In this document: positions 26,696 to 39,414 of the stretch, in pieces
How positions within the stretch are numbered: position 1 is the first letter of the stretch
How the letters are laid out: every line of letters starts with the position of its first letter
Source of the DNA: Haliotis rubra
Taxonomy: Eukaryota
DNA length: 64,000 nucleotides
NCBI RefSeq assembly: GCF_003918875.1
Contig: NW_025767024.1
Location: forward strand, 1 to 64,000
Reading direction: 5' to 3'
Translations under genes and position numbers: made by a program
Notes under the pieces: model-generated
Database searches by the model: none
Told to the model about the DNA's origin: nothing
The model's input: only the letters and a program-made list of their open reading frames with translations

Positions 26696-27720
26696 AACAA
26701 TCAACGAATCTATATCAATATCGCCCATTAGCCTTTACGCTTTATCTGTTTCAGTGAAAAATTGAACACAACGAACCAAATACGACATGGAATCATTGCA
26801 AGACTTAATGTGCACAACATCTCTCAGGTACAACATAACAGCTGGAGTCTATTCCTATGGACATTAGATCTTCGCCTGATAATAAGTGACTGAAACCGAC
26901 AGGCTGTTCCGTGAGGAGATGTTAAAAGCATGTTTGAATGTCACTCAACGCTTCCTTGTCAGGTAATTACAGGCAAATGACTTCTATAGAGCTCTCCAAC
27001 CTTCGGGCTCTGGGCTCATTAACACTAAAGTAAAGAACATCGAAGAGAGTGACAGCAAACGAGTTTATGTCCAACTCGCTCAGAAATGTCAATAACAGTT
27101 GGATGACGTACATCTTGAGGTGATATTGTACCTGGCAAAGAAAGGGGATGGCTTGGATGAACGTGTAGAATGGGTTGACACGAGATGGATACACAATGAA
27201 ATACGGAGAGAAATGAAATTGCAATTTGTTGCTATTGCTACAAAAGCATTTATGGGAGTTCCCATCATATTCCATTTTATCTGTGATTAAATGCAAAGAA
27301 ATATTGATGCTGCGTAATGGGAAATATTAATTAAAGCTTTGGTAAATAACACATATTGTTCGGCTTTTGGCCTGTGTGAGTTTACCGGTAACGGATGAGC
27401 ATGAAAATAGGCCGGAATATTTAGTTTGCACTGCCTTAGCTAGCACCTGAGTGCACTTGGGTTTTTTCCTCAACAGGTCGTTCTAAAAAAAACTACAGTA
27501 TGTCACTGAACTCCTTCACCTGATTCCAAGCGAATGTAATCTAGTTTCAGTCGGTCTGATATTGTCGCCATATTTGAGTGAACACTGGAAGGCTGACATA
27601 ATCAGCGCCATTGCTATCTCCCTACTATTTGTCACAGAGTTGAGCTCCTTAGATCAGGGTGTCAATAAATTGATAACTGAAGACGTGAAAAAAGTTGGGT
27701 TTTTTATTGCTATCTTACTT
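26696..27720 (+). pseudogene. Copy C of the triplicated segment
   Basis: First ~450 bp nearly identical to copy B, remainder diverged; frame from ATG 26787 includes DDVHLEVILYLAKKGDG...EWVDTRW. Confidence 0.4.
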
Positions 27721-27802
27721 CTATCAAAACGCGAACGCTTTAACCACCAGGCTACCCCACCCCACCCCAACCCGCACCTTTAAAAGGGTCTCTTTGACAG
27801 GT

Positions 27803-27970
27803 TGGGCGATGAGGTAGCCTAGTGGTTAAAGCATTCGCTCGTCACGCCGTAGACCCGGGTTCGATTCCCCATGTGGGTGTAATGTGTGAATCCCATTTCT
27901 GGTGTCCCCCGCCGTGATATTGCTGGGCTATTGCTAAAAGCGGCGTAAAACTAAATTCACTCACTCACTC
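27803..27970 (+). mobile_element. tRNA-SINE type A, full length
   Basis: A and B boxes and (ACTC)n tail. Confidence 0.95.
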
Positions 27971-28199
27971 ATTAAACGATGTTTTCATTAACTCATTAGC
28001 TGGTTGATGTCTGCCTGACCGTCTCCCAAAGCACGGATCACCTAATATATGTGATCACTGAACCGTACCCTCTATAGGAACTGAACTGAATGTTATTGAC
28101 ACTCAGGCGGCATTAGAGGTACGTGTTTACATCATTATGTACAACTTATATATGTTACATACATGTGTGGTAAACTAAATAGTAATATATACATATCGC

Positions 28200-28550
28200 T
28201 TGGCTGCAAGAATATACTATGTACATGCATTTAACCAGTTAAATGAACAATGTTACACTCATGCGTTATTGGTTACCTTTTTGGGGCGTTGCTTAAAATG
28301 AGACATTATTATTTTGTAAAATATTGCTAATTTCCTAATTGTGCCTAGTTTGTTAGAGTGAAAAAGCTGGTTCATGTTGTGCATATTCGGGTTTCCACAG
28401 TAATAGCTGTTGATATATTTCCTTTCTAGGGCCAAGGTAGGGCAAATAAACAAAAAGTGAAATTCATTCTCCAATATTGTTCGAATTACAACGAGTACTC
28501 AATAAAACATTTGGAGGTGTTTTAATCCATCGTGATGTTTCAACTGTAAA
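28200..28550 (-). mobile_element. LINE (CR1/L2-group) ORF2 C-terminal fragment
   Basis: VETSRWIK.P...C...ENEFHFLFICP, the zinc-knuckle-like end of ORF2. Confidence 0.75.
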
Positions 28551-28563
28551 CAAACAGTAAACA

Positions 28564-29611
28564 GGCGGCTCAAATGAAGTAAAGGCACAAGGAGGCGACT
28601 CGGGTTTTAACCCACACGCGTGGACGTCAGAGTCTTCAGACAGCTCAAATGAAGTAAAGGCACAAGGAGGCGACTCGGGTTTTAACCCAAACGCGTGGAC
28701 GTCAGAGTCTACAGACGGCTCAAATGAAGTAAAGGCACATGGAGGCGACTCGGGTTTTAACCCACACGCGTGGACGTCAGAGTCTACAGACGGCTCAAAT
28801 GAGGTAAAGGCACAAGGAGGCGACTCGGGTTTTAACCCACACGCGTGGACGTCAGAGTCTACAGACGGCTCAAATGAAGTAAAGGCACATGGAGGCGACT
28901 CGGGTTTTAACCCACACGCGTGGACGTCAGAGTCTTCAGACGGCTCAAATGAAGTAAAGGCACATGGAGGCGACTCGGGTTTTAACCCACACGCGTGGAC
29001 GTCAGAGTCTACAGACGGCTCAAATGAAGTAAAGGCACAAGGAGGCGACTCGGGTTTTAACCCACACGCGTGGACGTCAGAGTCTTCAGACGGCTCAAAT
29101 GAAGTAACGGCACATGGAGGCGACTCGGGTTTTAACCCACACGCGTGGACGTCAGAGTCTTCAGACGGTTCAAATGAAGTAAAGGCACATGGAGGCGACT
29201 CGGGTTTTAACCCACACGCGTGGACGTCAGAGTCTACAGACGGTTCAAATGAAGTAAAGGCACAAGGAGGCGACTCGGGTTTTAACCCACACGCGTGGAC
29301 GTCAGAGTCTTCAGACGGCTCAAATGAAGTAAAGGCACAAGGAGGCGACTCGGGTTTTAACCCAAACGCGTGGACGTCAGAGTCTACAGACGGCTCAAAT
29401 GAAGTAAAGGCACAAGGAGGCGACTCGGGTTTTAACCCACACGCGTGGACGGGAGAGTCTTCAGACGGCTCAAATGAAGTAAAGGCACAAGGAGGCGACT
29501 CGGGTTTTAACCCACACGCGTGGACGTCAGAGTCTTCAGACGGCTCAAATGAAGTAAAGGCACAAGGAGGCGACTCGGGTTTTAACCCTCACGCGTGGAC
29601 GTCAGAGTCTT
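28564..29611. repeat. 75-bp minisatellite, 14 units
   Basis: Unit GGCTCAAATGAAGTAAAGGCACAAGGAGGCGACTCGGGTTTTAACCCACACGCGTGGACGTCAGAGTCTTCAGAC; no spacers. Confidence 0.97.
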
Positions 29612-30521
29612 CCCTGGGAATACGACAGCCAAGTGAAGACGTCAAATTTGTATCATATGGGAAAATACAACTAACAAACCAAGTTCTAAACTAAAAGTCA
29701 ACTAGCCTTCCGTAGGTAGCCGGGGTAATAAGTTAGCCAAGTAAAGACAACAAATTGAAGTCTGAAGGTAGTTTACCATTTTTGACATTTATGCCTTGTT
29801 TTTAGAACTGTCTTTTGTTTATCCAGATTGTGTCAATGTGATACTGTTTCAATGGATGTCACTTTCAAGATTTGTCCCAAAATACTGTATCAAGTATAAA
29901 TAATCCACTCTCATGATAAGTTATATGGTACTTTGCCTGAGCTTTCCTGCCTCCTTCCGGATAAGACCAGTGCCACATAACGTCGCCTTTTGACCCTATC
30001 AAGACGCGAGCAGCCAAAGACCATCTGAAGCTTCTGTTGCAGTAGCTCCCACAATCACTGGCTAATCAGGGATTAATTAATATGTGTGACCCGTGGACTG
30101 TTAAAATTGGGACGGCCGGTAAGCTCACTGTCAAAATTGGGACAACTGGCTAGATCAATTACAGAAGTGTGAAAATTCACTGTCAAAATTGGGACTAAAC
30201 CAGTCTGAACAAAGGGAAAACACAACTAGCAAACCAACTGCTAAACCTAAAGTGAAGATCCAAGTATCCAAATAAAGCGTTGAACACAGGCTATCCACAT
30301 GTAAAGATTCACATTCAGATACAAGGATAAAAATAGCCACAAATAATTGGGAAACATGCTACCCATGATATTAATTACATACCTGGAATATTGCCAAATT
30401 TGCGCAACATTACAATCAATAGCCCACCCGCTTCATTAGACACGCTGCTAACGAAGTACCATGCTTCACTGGTTGGAGCATATTTCCAGTCTACACTTTG
30501 CTGTCCCTCTCCAAATGAAAG

Positions 30522-30612
30522 AGTGAGTGAGTTTAGTTTTACGCTGCTTTTAGCAATATTCCAGCAATAACACCGCGGCGAACGCTTTAACCTCTAGGCT
30601 ACCCCACCGCCC
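30522..30612 (-). mobile_element. tRNA-SINE type A, internally deleted
   Basis: Head and tail only; 14-bp TSD CTCCAAATGAAAGA. Confidence 0.9.
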
Positions 30613-30676
30613 CTCCAAATGAAAGAAACATAGTCTGATAAAATGCTACTTATACTGACTTCTTAAGCCAGTTGTA

Positions 30677-30907
30677 GTGAGTGAGTGAGTTTAGTTTTAC
30701 GCCACACTCAGCAATATTCCAGCTATATGACGGCGGTCTGTAAATAATCGAGTCTGGACCAGACAATCCAGTGATCATCGATCTACGTAATTGGGATACG
30801 ATGACATGTGTCAAACAAGTCAGCGAGCATTACAACCCGATCCCATTAGTCGCCTCTTACGACTAGCATGGGTTACTGAAGATCAATTCTAACCCGGATC
30901 TTCAGGG
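30677..30907 (-). mobile_element. SINE type B (CCCGTGAAGATCCGGGTTAGAATTG head, tail shared with type A)
   Basis: Near full-length family member. Confidence 0.92.
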
Positions 30908-31935
30908 GGATAAGCCAGATGTAACCAAGCACGACAGATCGTCTGAAATTGAATAATCCTCAGGAAGTTGAGGGGACAAACGAAATAAACACTGATTCTT
31001 TGTAGAACGAGGTAATTGGGACATGTCACGCGCTTTGAGGATGCATCTCCACTTGGTCAAAAACATCCTAACTCCTAAAGAGGTTGCTTGTTTACATTTG
31101 ATATTTGAGGGGAAAATGTTTTCATGCAACCTTTTGGACAGATTACTTTACCCATGAGCAGGTCGAATTAAATGTCCTATCAGATTTCTGTGTCGGTTTG
31201 ATATTTTATATAATTTTGTGGTTCGCCAGCCTGAAGGATATCGTTAGTGTATGTCACTTCCACATATAACAGCCTTGAGGAATGACTTGTTCCCTCCACA
31301 ATATTATCGCAGAAACTAAGCCGCACGATGAAGGATTACATGCCTGATCCAGAGTACCCATTGGCCTACTTGAAAAGACACTACTTCATACTTGTCAAAA
31401 GACTCAAGTTTTTGTTGTGTTTTTTTAGATTTTCAGTATATAATGAAGATCCTGGAGTCATTACCATGACAACGATGCCGCAGCTGGCACCGAAACATTC
31501 AAATCGTTACATCTTCCTTTGTTCGTATAATTGAAAATTGGTAGCCTCACAGAACAAATATTTAGTTACAATTATCAAGTTATTTTCTTATTTAATTACA
31601 ACGCCACGAATACTACATCTTTGGGGTATATGAAATTAGGTGGTATAAAATATGTCCTGAAAAATCTATTTATGGAAACATCTGCCATAATAAATCCTAT
31701 TTTGTGGTAGATTTATAACCGTTAAACAGGAAGATATCCCGTTATCTTGATTGAAATCAATCACCTGCTCGCAATATATCCAAGTTCATACCGTAGACTT
31801 TCAACAATCTACACCACATAACACAAGGGCCATTGTACGAAAAGATGGTTCAGTCCTCGTCAAACAGACCAAGCATAAACAGTCTAATTCTGGAATTTGT
31901 CTGTTCACAATGACAATGACCCGTCCGCCTCTCCC

Positions 31936-32643
31936 NNNNNNNNNNNNNNNNNNNNNNNNNNNNNNNNNNNNNNNNNNNNNNNNNNNNNNNNNNNNNNNNN
32001 NNNNNNNNNNNNNNNNNNNNNNNNNNNNNNNNNNNNNNNNNNNNNNNNNNNNNNNNNNNNNNNNNNNNNNNNNNNNNNNNNNNNNNNNNNNNNNNNNNNN
32101 NNNNNNNNNNNNNNNNNNNNNNNNNNNNNNNNNNNNNNNNNNNNNNNNNNNNNNNNNNNNNNNNNNNNNNNNNNNNNNNNNNNNNNNNNNNNNNNNNNNN
32201 NNNNNNNNNNNNNNNNNNNNNNNNNNNNNNNNNNNNNNNNNNNNNNNNNNNNNNNNNGATGGTTCAGTCCTCGTCAAACAGACCAAGCATAAACAGTCTA
32301 ATTCTGGAATTTGTCTGTTCACAATGACAATGACCCGTCNNNNNNNNNNNNNNNNNNNNNNNNNNNNNNNNNNNNNNNNNNNNNNNNNNNNNNNNNNNNN
32401 NNNNNNNNNNNNNNNNNNNNNNNNNNNNNNNNNNNNNNNNNNNNNNNNNNNNNNNNNNNNNNNNNNNNNNNNNNNNNNNNNNNNNNNNNNNNNNNNNNNN
32501 NNNNNNNNNNNNNNNNNNNNNNNNNNNNNNNNNNNNNNNNNNNNNNNNNNNNNNNNNNNNNNNNNNNNNNNNNNNNNNNNNNNNNNNNNNNNNNNNNNNN
32601 NNNNNNNNNNNNNNNNNNNNNNNNNNNNNNNNNNNNNNNNNNN
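31936..32643. other. Assembly gaps (31936-32257, 32340-32643; also 45565-45755 and 46994-47168)
   Basis: N runs; the island 32258-32339 exactly repeats about 31844-31925. Confidence 0.98.
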
Positions 32644-34464
32644 TTAGGCTTGTCTTACGATGCTTCCCCTCGTATTACAAGATACTTTTCCAGCTTTTCT
32701 TTACTTGAAATTCTTTCGCGTCCTGTATCCCTACAACTCAACATACGTGGCATCAAATTCCCTTGGATTGATCTACATCCTCTTCATGAAATATCGTCAT
32801 CAGATCCGTGCTTCCTTTTAAAATGGTTGTCACAAAGAACCAACTTTCACAACAGTTCAACGAACGTTCATGCTGTTTCCTGTTTCACGTTTCAAAATCA
32901 ACGCGGATTTACACGAGAGTACATACTCAGCTCTTATCGTAACAATCGGAAATCATGTGGATACAATGTAGGTCGGCTGTGGCTGTGGTCAACGACGGAT
33001 TGTCCCAGCATATTACTGTATATTGTAGCTGAACTAAATATAGGTCTGTTCTACTTCCCCGTGTCCTAATGACCAAGCGTCGTGTGTTCCATCGCACAAA
33101 AGGAAGTTGGTCACTTCCGTACTTGATTGTCGAGTTTAGTCATGTAATCTTCAGAAAACATAGCAACTTTCGCTATCAAAAGACAATTCATGTTCTCCAA
33201 TAGTTGAAATAGTCATGAAATATTCTAATTGTGTCAAAGAATCTATTGCCAAAAGAAACAACACAATGCATCACTTCATCTTGAAATGGGAGTTTTTACA
33301 AATCTTTAAGTCCCCGTTCCTAATTCGTTGTACATATAAGAAATCTATCAGATCTTCGTTTATTGTTATTGTTAACGCCGCTCTCTTCAATATTGCGGCC
33401 CTTAAAAAAATGAGTTTGGACCAGATAATCCAGTGGTTAACATCATGAGCATCGATCCTCGCAGTTGTAATCCGACTTATTCCACCAATTGCAAGTCAGG
33501 GGATCTCACCGTCAATCCCCTCTTACGACAAGCATCGGTTGCAGATAAATTCTTCTCTGGTCCATTAAAACCGCTTGAGTGATTCGTGGTGTTATGCCTT
33601 TGATATTACATTCGAGCAAGTAAAAATATGAAGCTGTACAGAAGAAAACGCGAACAGCTACTTTGAATTGCTGATTGATATTTAACGTTTAAGAGCAGTC
33701 TTCCTTTTTAGCTGTTCACCCGAAGTAAATTATATGGCAGATACAAAAAATGTGTTAACTTTGATGTTGCCAAACATGACCGCCATGCGCATGTAACTTG
33801 TCAAAAGTTGTACAAGTATGACAACGGCCCTCTATATAAATCAGTTCAAGACAAGACAATCCGGTGATTGATAATTAGTAAGCACAAAGATTCACACTAT
33901 CCTGGTGTGAAGTCGAACAAGCTTCCAAGTCATAATGCCTGAACAATCGGACAATTTTGTCACTTAAAATATACCCATGAACATAGATTTCTGAGGGTCA
34001 ATACTAACCCGGACACGGTTGGCTGTGCTTTGAAAGAAATGATAAACATTATTTTAACGTAAAACGCACATATCTGATTTGTATTTCGTCACATACAACT
34101 ATCATGCTACACTAAACGAGAATTGATTTTGAATATCTTGATTCCGTTTGAAAGCAGTCATCATTTATTTCAATCAAAATGTCTGATGAACTTGTTCAGG
34201 TAAACATTACATGCAAATTCATTTATTTAAAGACTAGATAGATTCCAAAGGGGTAAGAAATAATTTCAATAAGTACGCGTGTCTTTGGCGCTGAACAGGA
34301 ACTAAAACTCAGGAATCTGGTTGGATCGTTTTACTGTTTAAACTATCGACATTCGTTACAGCACATAAGAAAATTGTGAGGATGGACATAATCCATCGTG
34401 AGGTTGGTCATCACAAATATATTGACATAGTCGCTGGTCCCAAACACAGTTCATTGCTTAAGGT

Positions 34465-34705
34465 ACCCGTGAAGATCCGGGTTAGAATTGATCTTCAGCA
34501 ACCCATGCTTGTCGGGATCGGTTAGTCAGATTTGCTGACTTGGTTGACACATGTCATCGTATCCCAATTGCTTAGATCGATACTCATGCTGTTGGTCCCT
34601 GGATTGTCTGGTCCAGACTCGACTATAGCTATTTACAGACTGCCGCCATATAGCTGGAATATTGATGAGTGCGGCCTAAAATTAAACTCACTCACTTACT
34701 CACTC
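34465..34705 (+). mobile_element. SINE type B
   Basis: Matches the family sequence. Confidence 0.92.
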
Positions 34706-35469
34706 CTTACTTAAGGATCCTTTGCTAAAAATGCCCATGACAATAAACTGGTCCCTCTATTTTGAGCTTGTGCGTCAGTCTTACTACATGATGTATCTCA
34801 AATCCTGAAACTTCCGCAAAAACAATTATACTAAAAATACTCTTATGTATTAGCCAGCTGTGTGTTATTGTTATGTCCTTCGAATGGTTTCCATTTCACA
34901 GTTTATGTATATAAGTTGCAGCAACATATTCGTAATCACAATAAATAGCTTCTAAAAAGTCCACGTAGGAGTCCGACATCATACAAGCATGTGTCACTGA
35001 ATCATTGCAGTATTTGTGTGGAAACGAATTCGATAGGAGAAGTTATAATAGGGTTAACATCAACCGAGAGAGATGGTGTCATTGTTGTTTTAGTGATAAA
35101 ATATTATTTTGGGAAAGAGTGAGTTATATATATATATAGACTGTTAGACTGTTAGGCTAAAATATTTTGTTTCATTATGTTTGATTTCTATTACTTTGTA
35201 TTATAAATGTATTACTTAACTCAATGAAATGTTAGGGAATAAAACATGTCATATTACTTACAAATGTTGTCTGTTCTTCTGCTGAATACATATACATGTA
35301 CATTGTACATGCATATGGTTGTCATTTCCGGGTTTTGATAAGTTTGGATAAGTAAAATACCTGATAAGTAAACAATTTTGGCGAGTCCCTTGAAATTTTA
35401 CTTATCAGGTTTATACTGTATATATATATATCAACAGTATAAAAACATTTTGTAAGCAGAAAATTAATA

Positions 35470-35987
35470 AAGACAACACGGTCCGGCCGGGAGCGCTCAT
35501 CGAGTCTTGAACATCACCGATAAACAACTGGATCATTCCAGACGTAAGTGCCTGTTATAAATGTATAAGTGCCTGGTGTGACAATGGACAAAGAAGTGTC
35601 TCTGCGGACTGCTGTGATTTCTGAATCGAATTGTGGTGGTCAGGGTTTCTAGAAATATAACTGTGGTTCTAACCAATGTAAATCGAGACGTAACTGTTTT
35701 AAAGCGGAACTGAAGTGTAATAGCCAGTGTTATAACATCTTGTCCCAACATATGAATTTTATCAGCTTAAACTCTGTACTCGCATTATAAATTTGGTGTT
35801 CTCTATTTCAGTAAAGTCTGGCAGGGGTTTCATGAGGTCCCTGAGCCAATATTTCAGTAATTTCATGAACTCCATTGACATTTTAGGGAATGCGTGAAAT
35901 CCCAGGGAGGGTCAAAGTGATTTCACGAAATCACTTATTGTTTTAGGGATTTCGTGAAATCCCTGGTTTCACACATTCCCTGTAACA
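35470..35987 (+). mobile_element. Ginger2-like (integrase-type DNA transposon) 3' relic
   Basis: DKEVSLRTAVISESNCGGQGF*KYNCGSNQCKSRRNCFKAELKCNSQCYN matches the GGQG/Cys-rich C-terminus; ends TGTAACA. Confidence 0.7.
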
Positions 35988-37553
35988 TATATACGAACGC
36001 AGTGATGGTATTCATCGTAAAGACTCCGAGATATTTCTGAGGATAATAGGACGTTACATGTGATTTTACTGTCGCTTTACAGGATACCTCGAATCAGACC
36101 AGTTGTCAAACCCCTGCCTGATTCTATTCTGAAAAGCCTGTATATTATCGAGTCTTGGACAGTCAAGTCGCTGGTTGGCAATTTGAGCAAGAATCAAGCA
36201 GAGTAGCAAGACCCTAACACAAATGGGTCACACATCATAACATGACTACTCTTTTGTCAGCATGTGATCCAGCTACCTCATTTACACCGGAACCCATAGG
36301 GAAATCAACGTTGTAGAGAAGTACTACTTTGTAATTAATACATGAGATCGGTCAAACTGACCATTGGTATAGCTGTCCATTCAGGACGTCATTACTTGGT
36401 CACAGATGGACATTGATGTTGGTGTCGCAGACATTTGCGCTCTGCAGGTTTTGATAGATAGATCGATGGATAGACAGATACAGTACATGTATCAGACTAC
36501 TTCAACTTAACCATCATATTTGTTTACTCGTTTATCTTAGTACATTACCACAAAGTACAATTTGGTGATAATATTATCTATATCATTTCTGAAACATTTG
36601 CAAATTGACTGTTTTTGTAAAGTTGGTTTACAAATCCACCGATAAAGAATATGAGGTTATTTGAAATGAATGTATGAATGTCTGTCACTGCTATTAAGTA
36701 TGTGATGTCATGAAGCCGCATACTCAGGAAGAAGGTGGATTGTATTAGCTTGAAAAATTATGCTCAACGTGGTATTACTCGTAATATCCTTTCTGTCCAG
36801 ATGACAATCGCTTCATTTCATTCAGGTGTATATCGCTCATTAATTCAAAGACCTACTTATTACTGGAATTAAAATTGATTCTTTGAAAATGGATAACATT
36901 ATTGTATGCTTCCCTATCGCTTTCTTCTATGTTTAAAGAAACAAGAACGATGAGCTATATGTACGGCCCCGCAGGTCCTTTACATTCTTTATTGGTCGTG
37001 TAAGTCATATGACATTAACTTCACATTGAGAAAATGTTGATGAATGAAAATATTATTGTCGTTTTAAATCAATGTTCAAGCCTCAATGTGTTGGTTCCTA
37101 GCACACTTCCCATTCCATCGTGTCCAAGACAATGCTGTGACATTCAGAGGACAAGCAGACCAAGCAGACTAGAAGTACTAGAATCTGTACTTTGCTGAGA
37201 AGGTGTTATCCTAAATATAACTTGTGTTGGAGGTCGCGACATGCCTTGCTATTGAAAAAAAGCAACAACAAAGCCACGACGTCGACGGGCTCTCTCACCG
37301 TAGACGCTCATTAAGCGTCAATGAGAACGAAGTCTTCATCCCTTAGCGTTATGCAGTCAAGTAGCTGATAGTAACTGGGATTTGTGTCTTACCGGTTGTT
37401 GTCATGTAACAGACAAAAGCTGACACAATTAATTAACAAGGTGTCGTTAGAGAAAACCTTGGGATTCGCGAGATTGCAGTTAAATTTACAACCCTGTTGT
37501 TGATATCTTCACTTTGGCAACAAATAGGTGTCTTCACATTGCCTTCAACCAAA

Positions 37554-37658
37554 GTGAGTGAGTATGGGTTTACGCCATTTTTAGCAATACCACGGTGGGG
37601 TCACTAGAAATTGGTTCCACACATTGTACCCATGTGGGAATGGATCGAACCCGGGTCA
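37554..37658 (-). mobile_element. tRNA-SINE type A, partial
   Basis: Matches the family sequence. Confidence 0.8.
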
Positions 37659-39414
37659 TCAGAAGTCAGAAGTGGAACATGGAGATGGCAATAGTAAATA
37701 ACACTTTGACTTTGATCACCACGTGTTTAAATAATGCGCTCTTCATATTTTCCTTATTACTCTTCAATAGTTGTGACGAAAATACCCCGGTCTTCTTTGA
37801 CGATTTGACTTAATCTATGATACCCATTCATATTTTGGCGAAAACTTCACGTCAAATATATCGACAGTTCGAGTTACACAGTAGATACAAATGTAAACCA
37901 GAAGGCAGTTTAATATTCAGTGAGCTATATTTATAACGAACACGCTTATAAGGAACTGGTGGATATAACGAACGGTTTTTTTGTCCCGGACACTCGTGTA
38001 TATATTAGACGAAATGCATTTTACCAAGTAAGGTTATGACTAACTGAGCTTAGTGGTCCCTCTGAGTCTATTACTATAAATAATGGTAATCCGAAATAAT
38101 TGTCCCGCTTTAATGCGGAAAGCGAATTTTCTATAAACATTCTGTGTTTTTACTTATCCAAAAACGTTAATACGCTGATGCACTTTCAGTTCAAAACAAT
38201 TGTACACGTAATAGTAAATTTTATAGCACACATTAGGTTTTCCTACTTTCGTGATACTATTTATAGGGAGGGAATCCCCGACACGCCAAAGGTCACGTGA
38301 TTCAAAATGACTCGGTGACATGCGAGTGATCGACTGAGATGTTTGATGGCTTGCAAATATTAACCTCTGGATATTCTGATAACAAAAATAGGGCGCACTT
38401 GTAGTTATAAGTACGAAGAAGTCAGTCAGGTTTTTCGTGCGCAATAATCGTAACGGGTGCACGAAAGTGCGACAAAGGATTTCTTCCACTGCGGCCTATA
38501 GAGGTGCTTCATAGTGTTCGTGTATGTAAGCGCTATGTATCTTAGCGTCCTGAAAGTTATAATGACCATTGAAACTCTCGTGGAAACGGGGGAAAATGAA
38601 CTCCCCACTCCCTTTCTCAAAAAAAAGGAGACGAGAGTACCATATTTGCGGGTACCGATCTCTAATCGAAACTAATAGACGGAGGTATGGTCAACGTGAA
38701 GCTCTTGAAATCCGCTTCACTCCCCAACTCATCTCACGTCCGTCTCACTTTATTCAGGCGCCTCCAACTTTGTCTTCTTAAAAGGCTTTTCTTGTTGTAA
38801 GTGATGCTTTCTAATGTCCGATATATTCTCTTATGTTTTGTAAACAGTCTCGTTGAAGATCAGCAAATTTCGATTTCTCATTAGTTTTGCTTTCGAAAAC
38901 AGAAATTGACTTTCTGCACATAAGTCATGCAGGCCAAAGGTTTGGGGGGTATGCTCCTTAGGGAAGTTTTTCGGGGTGAAGGGATCCGCCCCAGCATAGT
39001 GTGGCTTCACAGCGTGGCAAAAGTAGCACTACATAACCTGAGAACTATCCACGGCCAATAATATTTTGATGATCTTTTGTATTTTAGTTCCTGGATATCC
39101 GAACCAACAGGACTTCAGTGTACAATGCGCATTTGTATTTTTGAGAGATAAATGATGTGGCTATTTTCAGTCAACATTAACATCGATAAATCTAAAGACA
39201 GATCTATACGACGTTCCTGGAAGTTACTTTGCAGGTTATCTCCCAAAACTTAGACACTCATATCTTAGACTCTTAGACACTAATGAGGGAGATTAATTGA
39301 GACAACACACATGGCTGAAATGGAACAGTCCTAATTAGTGCCCCCCACCTTAGTAGGCTTAGCTGTAATTGATCAACAAATGATATCAAATCTACAAGAG
39401 GGATTAAGTTTGAA

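Noticed and set aside
28564-29611. CRISPR array (also considered for the 45- and 54-bp arrays)
   Set aside because: Head-to-tail units with no unique spacers, no cas genes, eukaryotic context
31751-33069. Long ORFs spanning N-gaps (also 45502-45968 and 46757-47266)
   Set aside because: Length inflated by Ns; the repeated island is probably an assembly artefact
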